Shown here piece by piece: positions 23,773 through 34,500 of a stretch of 44,941 nt of DNA. Source of the DNA: Hydrurus foetidus. Its lineage: Eukaryota. Numbering within the stretch: the stretch's first letter is position 1; every line of letters begins with the position of its first letter. The stretch lies in assembly GCA_900617105.1 (NCBI GenBank), contig UYFQ01000332.1:1-44941 (forward strand), written 5' to 3'. The position numbers were made by a program, and so were the translations under genes. The notes beneath the pieces were generated by a model. It was not told the DNA's origin, ran no database searches, and was given only the letters and a program-made list of their open reading frames with translations.

Positions 23773-26700
23773 ATGGCCACTAACCAGATATATTTGTCGA
23801 ATTGCAGATTAGAAATCGAAACGCAAACGTTGAAGCAGCTGAAAGTCAATTTGAAAGATGCGCTAAAAAAATCAGGAGTCTTAAACTCAGTGAAGGCACA
23901 AATCAGAAAGGAGTTTATCACAAGCCTTAGCGAGCACCATAGTTGTCAATCAACACGGAAAAAGCAGGCCCCTGATTTGAGGGAACGTCTCTCATTGAGT
24001 GTCGTTTATCATTTCCTGCAGAACAGAAACTATAATCATGCCCAATCTGTCTTCGCCGCAGAATGTGGTCTTGACTCGAAGAACGCTTGGCTTTCAGAGA
24101 TGGACATTATTAAATCACTTCAATTTGGGTCAAAGTCTGAGGTTTACAGACTGATGAGCGAGAAAACTGACGAATGTATCGACGAGAACCTTCTACCGCG
24201 GAAGAAACTGTCTGTTTTTGACGTTTTACTCAATAATCTCTCATCTGAGACTGGTCGGGATGGTCCAGTGGAGGTTTCTGTTCAGACTGAATCAGTGACT
24301 CAGATATTAGGACCGAGAGAGTCGCTTGAACATCACATGCAGAATCTGAGGACTTCATTTATATCTCGCAGAGATGCTGAGAAAGCTGCTCCTGCGAAAA
24401 GCATCGAAGAGAGGATGATCTTATTTCAGCGGGAATGTGAGGAAAGATTTCAGCGTGACTCTGAAAATTATCTGAACTACATGAGAGAGACAGAGATTTG
24501 TAAAGTGAGACTGGAAGAAGCTCAGAAGGCACGTGCCGAGACTGACGTTATCAGAAAGGAACTTGAGTCAGACTACCAGCGCAGACTTAAAGAACACTCA
24601 GAGAGAGAGTCTGCAAGTGTTAAAGCTCTTGCTGATAGAGATCGTCAAATGCAGCAGAATCAATACGAAGCCAGACAGCTCATGCAGAGGGAAATAGATG
24701 ACCTGAGAAGTAGAGAGAAATCGGGACTGCGGAAACTAGAACTGGAATGTCAAGGTCTAAGGACCCTAGAATCGCGCCTACAAGAGTCGAAAGCTATTCT
24801 TGAATCTAGGGAAAGAGAAATTGGCAGGAGGGAAAAGCTTGCTGAGGAATTGATGGGGGATAATGTAGAGAGGGCAAAGGCTGAAGCTAGGTCATATTTG
24901 CGATCAGAAATGGAAGATGTGAACAGGGAAAGAACAGTGCTCAAACAAGAGAGACAGCATTTGCATGACGTCAGAGCATCTCAAGAAGTTCTTCTCGAAA
25001 GCGCTTCTAGTACGCGTAAGATGCTTAGGGAAGCACAAGCAGAGTTAATCGTGAGGGAAGATGACATCGCAGCTTTTAGAGCTCAGACAATCGCACTTAC
25101 TGAGAGACTTAAGAAATTTCCCGATGATTGGTTTGACACATCCGCTGCCGCAGATGAGAAGGTTTTTGTTCATTTTTTCCCCACTTATTTTTTCTTCCTC
25201 TCCATTCACTTACGTGCTTCACTAATTTGAATTTGATCAGCGAACAATTTGTGATGGATGCTTTTCTCCTTCTCGAATCATCAGCCACCGAAGACGCAAT
25301 ATTTTATCTTTATGACCATATATTTGATAATTTATCTTCTGTGTTTTATTATTTGTAGATCATTGCAATGACGGATGCTCACAACTCAGCTCTCGAGACA
25401 CTCAAGGATGAAAAAGGTGATGAAATATCTTCCAACCTGTATACTGCTTAATGTCGTTATCTAAATTGTATCTTATAATTGAGAGTTGTCGCGCTTTTTT
25501 ACTGACCCTCTTGGCGTGTGATCTTGTGTTCATCATCGATTACGTCCAACTGATGAAACACAATTCTTAAGTGCTATGGTTTGTAATCACACAGATAAGT
25601 TGACGATCAAATGGCAAATTGCAGAATCAGCTCGATCGGAGAACTTGTACAAAATTAGCGATCTAACTTGCACTTTAGGTGAAAAAAATTTGATCATCGA
25701 AAAATTGAAAAAAGCTCTTCTACAAGAAAAAAATAGTTTTGCCGAAGCCAAGATAAAAAATGTGGAAATGGTTCGGCTTTTGAAGGATCAGAAATTAACA
25801 GTTGAAAGTTTAGTGAGACAGAATGTCAGTACTTTTCGAACGTACGGTGTAAAATCTTCATTGGATGATTTATCCTCATTTCTTGCTAGCAGAAAGAAAA
25901 AAGGTAAGAATTTACTACGAAAATCAATTGATGCGTGTTGAAATTTACTTGACTCGACGTGATTTGATTCATCTTGGTGTTTTAATTACGTCTAAATAGA
26001 GTAGTAAAGAGTTATGCAGTTTCGTCATTTATGTCCACCAGTTGTAGCCAGTCTAGTGAAGGTCAATACAGAACTAGAACTCTTCGATATGAAAGTACGA
26101 AATCATCAACAGTAACACATCACAAGTAGTACATGTGGCAGCCGAGGGCATTACACCACCAATAGAGTACAAAAGTGTAACACCTGTTATAGAGTACAAT
26201 AGCGCAACACTTCCCACACTTCACATGCTATCGCCAAGTATCAATCTCTAATAAAGGCGCTTCCTCCATGGATGCGAGCATTAGCACCATGTCGCCAACA
26301 ACTCAATTATTCAAATCAGAGATATTATTCATACCACAGACAACGAATGACGACATCCCATTACACTGAAAGAAATGCTTCACTAACACCTACACCTTTT
26401 CCCCCCCTCTCTCTCACACACACACGCACGCACACACAAACGATTCTGTCCCCCACAAAGAATCTTACAATAATGCACACCATACGGGAACATTTGACCG
26501 GAGCACTCTTCCAGAACAGGTATCTATCTGGTGCAATCGTTCACAAATGGTATTTGAAGAGCCTTACTGAAGGAGTGACAGATAATTGTATGTTCCAGAC
26601 CACGCCTTCTAAATTTCCATCCTTTCGCAATCGCAATCGCCATTGCATATCAATCTGCCATCTTTATTGAATGAGCCTCCAATTATTTTACCGTGACATC

Positions 26701-29042
26701 ACAGCCATATTTCCAAAGGACAACACCGCACCCTGCACACGACACATACAAAGAGAATCTCACATTCCAGACCCGCACCCAAAATCCCTCTTGGGGCAAT
26801 CTGCCCTCCTATCGACCGCTGAGTGTGGAGGAGTTCAGGGCGAGGGAACAAGAGCAGAACGAGGGACTCAGGGTGAGGGAAGAGCAGCAGGCTGCATTCG
26901 ATAGAGATCGAACTCGAGACCAAGATCGCCATCGCAGAGACGCATCCACAGGAGCATCCGCATCAGCACACACACAGCACTTCTACGATCCTCGCACTCA
27001 GCCTGTTCCACATTACGAAAATGCTTATCCCCATCCCCAGGTGTACACTGCGTACAGCTCATCAGGAACAGCAACATCAACAGTTGCAGCGGAATCTCCT
27101 CAAGGACCCCTAAGGGTGTCAGAGCAGTTAGGAGGTGGGAGTGTTCATAGGTATCAAATGTCCACGTCACTCGACATGATGTCACCCCTCCGTGCCCCAC
27201 ATGCAACACAAGCACAGACAGGAATGACAATGATCTATTCCCCAGATAGAGATGCTGCGATCTCAGAGAGGGTTGAGAGCAGAGGAGGACTATCTGGTGG
27301 TGTCACTGAGCACATTGGAGGAGGAGAAAACGAGAGAAAAAATGACGTAGATAAGGAACGGGATAGATTAGTGGATCTAGCCGTAACCGAACGGATTGAG
27401 CGGGAGAGGGTTACAAAGGAATCGGAAAGAAAAACAGCAGCGGCAGCTTCAGAAATGGCAAAACTAAAAAAAGATGGAAAGAAAAAGGAATGGAAGAGAT
27501 GAGAAGTTGGAGGAAGGCATTCCGAGAAATCTGGAAAAATAAAGATGGAGCGAACAGAGGGAAATAAAAGAGTCGAGAAACTCGAAAAAGATATAATCGC
27601 TGAGGAGAAAGCAGCAGCAGCGGTAGAATCGAATTGTTTGGAAATAGGCCGACAGGAAGAAGAGGAGGGGGAGGAAGAAGAAGAGAAAGAAGAAAAGAGG
27701 AAGACAGAGAAAGAAGTAGAAATAGACAGCCAAATGGCAAAAGAGGCAGTGCTCTCGGAATTAAAGGTCAGGCAGAACAAGGCAGAGCAGTCTGAGGGGC
27801 ACAGCAACAAAAGTGACGCAGCCCTTGGACCATCCCCTACTAATACTCCTTCACTTCCTTGGAAGCAAAAACAGGACAGTAGAGACAGTGTTGACTTCAG
27901 AGCTAGCGAGACCTTCAGGGACAGTCTGGACTACCCCAGACAGAAAGCGTCCTTCCAGCCCCTGAACTCTAATATGCACAGAGAGTCGATGGAGTCAGAG
28001 GGAAACACCCCCCGTGTGAACACCGAGTGGATGAGTACGATAGAGCATGCGGATGAAGATGACTTCAGCAAGTTGGGGCCCTATCAGAACGGACCGTGCT
28101 TAAGTCAGAAGGAGCCCATGAGTGCTGTCGAGGTGAGAGAAGACAGAGAGGGAAGTGTGGATTCCGATGCTTGGCTAGAAGATATGAGTGCGGAAGGGGT
28201 AGATGATAGAGATGGTGAGCAGGAAGAGGAGAGAGAGGGGGAGGAGGAGCCTGACATCTTGATACAGCAGTATGACGGTCTACTCACCCAAGAATTGCTC
28301 TCCTCCCAGTATAAGTTACCGGAATCAGCCGATACCGTAGAGAAGGGCAGTGAAGATGATGCTTTAAACGTACGTGAGAGCGAAGACGATCGCCTTGCCC
28401 GACAAAGAGCATCTATTGAAATGGAGAAGAAGGAAGCAGATGATAAAGCAATCCAAGAGGCAAGAGCATCTGTCGTAGCGAGGAGGAAACAGAAGTTAGA
28501 GAGAGATTCTGCTGCAGCCAGTCTGTCATCATTGCCATCTGAGAAACTGGACAGAGTCAGATCTTCTCTACTCGCCTCATCACTCCCCTCCATGGGTGGC
28601 TCTAAGGTGGAGCTGTACAGCAGCTCTGATGAGTCTCACGGGCCAGTGCAACTAGACAAATCCAAATCAGCTATGGGGGTGAGTGAGTCACATTTTCTCC
28701 ATTATTATCTTATCTTGTTCATCTTTTCCTTTTCTCTCACGGAGCTTGCGCTGATGACTTCTTTTTAATTTGTTAGGTTTGTCAAATTTCATGGTGTTCA
28801 AATAAAATTTTCTGCAACTTTTTTATTTTTGATGATTTCACCTTATGATGCTTATACTATTCTATCGTCTTTACGTTATCTATCTTCATACAACGTCACT
28901 AAGACATGAATCACAATACAATATTAACCTCATTCCCCTCCCATTTCTATCTCACCAGCTCTATGAAGAAAGTGTGGAAATAGAAAGTGTAGAGGACAGC
29001 GCAGAAGCCTCAGGGGATTCTTCTGGTAGCAGCTCATGGTAG
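23773..29042 (+). CDS. OFD1: Spliced host gene: OFD1-like LisH and coiled-coil centriole/basal-body protein
   Basis: LKDALKKSGVLNSVKAQIRKEFI (FOP/OFD1-type N-terminus), LisH VYHFLQNRNYNHAQSVFAAECGL, a long coiled coil and an acidic C-terminus ending SW*. Phase-consistent GT-AG exons: 23773-25161, 25359-25416, 25595-25903, uncertain small exons at about 26000-26520, 26705-28678, 28959-29042. True start codon uncertain. Confidence 0.8.
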
Positions 29043-30305
29043 ACTGTAGCTCGCATTTCTGATGACAGGACCAATTATACCTAACCAGATATTGCCGAGG
29101 TGAAATCAAAACAGCAGTTTTGTGTTTTAGGGATTGTCTTGAAGCATATGTAACGAATATATTTGTTCTCAGCGGCCAACTTCGAGTATGAAAACACGTT
29201 GTCCTGTGTAGTTGTGAATTCCAAAATATTAGATTACTTGTATAATATGCAGTCTTACTGTACAGTATTGTAGACGACTTTATTGTGATGGCGAATTTTC
29301 CAGATGAGTGTAGTACCGTATCAAACCAGTCCTCAGGAAGTGTTAAGCGTCACGGAAACGGTAGATTAGAATATGTATGTGTGCAGTATTGTATTCGTCC
29401 AAATTATGTTCGTTGTATTACCGAATTAATTAAATGTGTTCATGTTACGGCAAAATTTCATCGCATCATTTGACACTACTTGCTTAGCGATCCATGGCAT
29501 CTTCGTGCAGTGATGTCTTCTATACTCAGCTCTTATTGAGGTAGATCACAGCGAAATCAATGCAAATTCACCAATAACCTGTATCTGTAGTAAATTGCGT
29601 GACTGCAATTGAGATATTTTTATTGCTTTCGTTGCCTAGTCTCACATTCTTATGGGGTAATATGTTCTCATATGAGATAGACTCGCTATTGGTTATATAC
29701 AGCAGCAGTCACATTTCGTCAGCGATTGAAGGACTCAGCAAAAGCTGATTCGTGATACATTAAGAGAGCCTTTCTTGTGCCATGAGTACATATCATCTCA
29801 CATGACTCCGCACCGAAAAATTGAAAAAGAAATGACATCTCCTAGCGAGAGAAGTCAAAACTGTTGGTACATACGTCTAATTTGATTATGTGCTGTAGTC
29901 GCTAATTACAGGATAGGTAATACTGATGTGCAACTGTGATTAGGAGAACTTCGAGAGGTCTAACCTTCCGCTTATACGGGTTATTTTCTACATGGGATAC
30001 AAGATTTAAAAAAATGAAACTCCAGAATTTCTGAGGAAATCATGGTGTGAGTAGATCCAAGGATCGCGCAAGAGTCTGAACTCATATGCGCAGCTGATAG
30101 AAAATTCGAATACGGCGATATCAACTGAGGTTGGTATGTTGCACCCCAGTTTATTTGATCTAACTCACTAATGAGATACTAACGATAGCTACATTCTTCT
30201 TCATTCGATAATATCAAGGTTAGGATGGGCCATCATCTGGTTTGACTAATTTTGGATGTACAGTGACTATAGTTATGGCTAAAAAGGGATAGAGTTGAGC
30301 GGTCG

Positions 30306-30824
30306 TCATAACTCCATTTGGAAGATAAGGAGGTGGTCTTCTTTCTCGTCCTCGTCATCAGCGATCAGAGGCTCGCAATTATTCTCTATCATGGGGTCAA
30401 AGACGTTCCCTCGACTGCATGTTCTCTCGAGAAACTCGAAGTGTCCCCAGCTGCCAACAACTTCCGTACGTTCTAAAAAGCAGATGTCATCTTCGATTTC
30501 GTCGGCACTCCTGGTCAGATACTGCAGCCAAGTGCTTTTTGAAGGCGCGGCTTCAGATTCTCGGTTGTTCATCGAATCGGAATCTTGAATTTCAGCTTCA
30601 CTAAGGCCTGCAGATGATGATTTGGTTATTGCTGTCACCGCTTTTTCAACAGCGCTGCTTTGGACATTATGTGGTATGGGTAATGATCCTGCGGTGGCGA
30701 AGGATTGTTCCAATCCGACGAAGAGAAGTGAGGAGCTCATTTTCCACATCATCTGGATGATTTTGACTCGCGTTAAAAGGAAAATATCAGAGGGGCATAA
30801 CTGACGTCCAATGAGGAGCCACAA
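30306..30824 (-). other. Unassigned, possibly decayed coding remnant
   Basis: 172-aa open frame with protein-like S/E/D-rich composition but no recognisable motif or clear start. Confidence 0.25.
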
Positions 30825-31176
30825 AAGTCAGGAACTTCGTCTCAGCCGCGTTGTGCGCACAATGAATGGGCGACTGCGTTGAGTTCCAGAACTTCCCCAG
30901 TCTCTAGGAAACGGTATTGTTCAAACTGTTGAGAAGGATCTGAGCGAGGCGTCGGATTTAATTGTTGTTGTGGTTTGCTGGAAGTTACCAATATGCATTC
31001 CAGGCATTGTCGAAGAGTGTCTCCTCTTCATGGATCAAAGAATTTTATCGGAAAAAGGAAAAAGTAAGTTCGAAGTTGAAGTTTGAACCAGAAAATGTGA
31101 GTATGGCGTGCCAAACTGTTCAAAGTTATTTTTCCCGGATTTTGAAGAAATTTCCCGGATTTCCAGTGGTGGACAT

Positions 31177-31496
31177 TGTTGGATTATCCGGGAAAAGACA
31201 TTGTAGTAGATGTGTGTGTATGGATCCCGACGGTCAGCGGCACGCACCCTGTGGGGTTGGGTCGGGGGCCGTCGGTTGCGTGGGCTCATACGAGCCATTC
31301 ACCCGATGTTGTGACTGCTTTGGATACTTAGTGCGAGTGACTTGAGATTGTAAGAGCTTCGTTGCCGTCTTGATTGATGACGGTGCACAAGTTTAAATAT
31401 CAAGTGATTACACAACACGTCTATTTCACGAGTATTGGGTCGCCGGTTCAACTTATGCGGAGTTGCTAAGCATCCGGATTCTGAGAATCCCCAACA
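31177..31496 (+). repeat. Copia-C 5' LTR
   Basis: TGTTGG...CCAACA, repeat of 36482-36801. Confidence 0.96.
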
Positions 31497-31521
31497 CATT
31501 TAAACTAATCAGCGCATCGAG

Positions 31522-34500
31522 ATGCCGCCAAAGAAGCAAGAGGAACCAAAATCAGGCACTGAAGCATGCATCCTGAAAATAGGTCGCTACAACAATGTGG
31601 TGCAGTGGAGGGAGGAAATGCAGGATCAAGCATGCGCACTATACGGTATGACCGGCATGTTCTTCACCACCGATGCAAGCCACTTCATCCCGTATCCTCG
31701 CGAGGAGGATTACAATCCCGCCGCTCCACCGGCGGAACAAGGTGCAGACGAAGCAGGGACCGACGACGACGAGGACCCTGATGAAAACCCGGTACTGGGA
31801 CCCGTGGTTGCCCCTGTGGTGCTCCCGGCTGCACTTATCGAGAGACTGAGATTGAATGCGTTCGAATCACGCCGAAAAGCCGTAGAACTGCAAAAAGTGG
31901 ATGAGCAGAAGCTCTGGCCGTTGATGTGGTCGAGGATGTCCACAGGGTCAAAGTCCAAGGTTCGAGAGGAATCAGGGTACGAGACAACGAGAATTCGACT
32001 CGATAGCGTGAAGCTATGGGAGTACATCAGGAAAAGTCACCTCACTCATATCTATCGTGAGGATGATTCAATGCGAGCGGTTAACATCCACGAACAGACT
32101 ATTAGGTACAACTACCTTAGACAAGGTGACCGTGAGATCATCGGCGAGTTCAAAACACGGTTCGACAACCAGGTGCTAGCCAACCGTGGGGTAGGTATGG
32201 CAGAAGTAGAGGAGTCGATTCGTGCAATCGACTTCTTGAGCAAACTGGACCCCAAAAGGTATACCGGTATGCTCACTGTTATGCGTAACAATGCTGTACA
32301 AAACCTTCCTAATAGCTACCCTCCTACATTAGCCGGAGCGTACAGGGTAGCGTCGTCTTGGACGAACTCGAGCGGGGTGGTCCCCCTTGGCGGCGAGCAA
32401 CATTCCGCATTTTTGACAGATTTGGCAATGCCGGCGAAGGAAAAAGTCGCGGGAAAGAAGGCGAAAGGGAAGACTGCAACACCGAAAAAGAAACCATCGT
32501 CGTCAGTGACTTGTTTCGTATGCTGCGGGACAGGCCATTACGCTCGAGATTGCGAAGAGCGCAAAGTCGGCGAACAAGCGCTCTACGTCGATATAGAAGA
32601 AGATCTCGACGAAGACGAGACGGTAGACGAGACGGCGTTCGTCACGACGACTGAAGTCGTGCTGTTCTCCAAGAGTCACGTCTTGCTCGACAACCAGGCG
32701 TCGGTGAACATCTTTTGTAACCCGAATCTACTTACCGACATCAGGAAATCCAAACGGGGGATCCTCCTGAACGGAGTACAGCTCGAGGCAGATGCAGTTC
32801 GGGTGGACATGGAAGGAGATTTCGGCGAAGTGGGGCCAGTCTACTTCAGTAAGGGAGCTACGGCGAACATCTTGTCATTTGCCGCGATGGTCGATCGCGG
32901 AGCCGACATTCGGTATGATCACGCTGCAGGGAGGTTCACCCTTAAGCCAGCTGGGAGCCGCAACATATACAGCTTCTGCAGGCAACCTGTGCCTGGATCT
33001 AACGGCAGATTTTATGTGTGCGACGTCCGCTCGATGGTAAGAGCGACGCCAAGCCATCATCCAATCAGGACAGCTCTCGTGACAACAGTGAGTGACAATA
33101 TGGCACGGTATACGAAGAGAGAAATTGCATCGGCTGGTCGAGCGAGAGAGTTGCTAGCACGAATGGGATATCCACCAGTAGAGATGGCAATCGCCATGAT
33201 CCGCGGGGGGAACAACTTCGACGTGTCGGAGAACGATATCAGGGTAGCTCATTCCATATGGGGGAAATGCTTGGCGAGCATGAGGGGACGAACTCATAAG
33301 AAATCATCGCCAGTTGCTGATATCTCGCTAACACCTGCGCTGGTGCAGGTGGAGCAAGTTTTGGCTGTGGACATTGTCTTCATAGACACCACAGCCATAC
33401 TTATTGCCGTATCTACCCCTCTGGATCTCACCCTTGCTTGCAGCCTAATTCGAGTCGATTTTGGCAAAACCTCTCGAGCTGCTGCCGTGGTAAAGGGGGC
33501 GCTAGATGAAATGATATGTGTGCTCAAATCTAGGAACTTTGCAGTGCAAGTCATCATGAGCGACGGGGAAGGTGCCATAGGCAAAATTCGCTTTGAGTTG
33601 ATGGCGCTGGGGATCGAGCTAGATATCAGCGCAGCGGGCGGCCACGTCGCCAGAATCGAGCGGCGCATTCAAATGGTGAAGGAACATGCTCGAGCACACA
33701 TTTGCGGTAGGCTTCCATTCACTCTAACCGACCTGGGTAATACCTATCTAGTACTCTACTATGTATCTCGTATCAACTGCCAGCAGTCAGGGTCTAGGCC
33801 GGGGGGACTTTCACCGCGAGAATTGTACTCCGGACAGAGGGTTGACGGGAACTTGGACTTTCGTGCGGCGTTCGGTGACTACGCAGTGTGTACAGTACCG
33901 AAGACTGAAAATACTATGACATCACGCACCGAAGACTGTATCGTTATGCTTCCTACTCACAATAGGACCGGATCGTTCAAGATGCTTTCACTCTCAAGCG
34001 GCAAGATCGTCACTAGGGATCAATTCAAGATCCTCCCAATGCCACAATCAGTCGTGAACACACTGAACGCGATGGCATCGAGAGAAGGGAAGAAAATTAC
34101 CAAATCCAGCGTGCATGTATTTGATGAATTGCTGTTTGCTAATAGCCTCGACAAGTCTAATATGCCTCGCTTCATTACCAACCCCCCCACTCAGGACACT
34201 GTCGACACAGCAGCGATGGGACCGCAAGTCGACCAACCCCAACCAACAATAGCCGACTTGCCCACAGCAGACAACGTTCTTGAGATCCCACAATCCGAAG
34301 TGGGGGGGGGGGTATCGATACCTGAGCATAGAATTCTGGAATCTGAAGAACTGACTGGGACACACACTGGAACCGAATCACCTCCACCTCCCTCTACCCT
34401 CTGTTCCGCCGACGTACGTACACCCGTACCGTCGCCCGTACCGGAACTCCCGGCGATGGAGTCAACAGAGGCACAGATCAGTACAGTGGCGTTAGAGCAG

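Noticed and set aside
27235..28593. Phe/Ser/Leu-rich minus-strand ORFs resembling membrane proteins
   Set aside because: Reverse complement of the Glu/Lys-rich OFD1-like exon.
29043..30300. Short ORFs and a TACTGTACAGTA palindrome downstream of the host gene
   Set aside because: No recognisable motifs; consistent with ordinary intergenic sequence.
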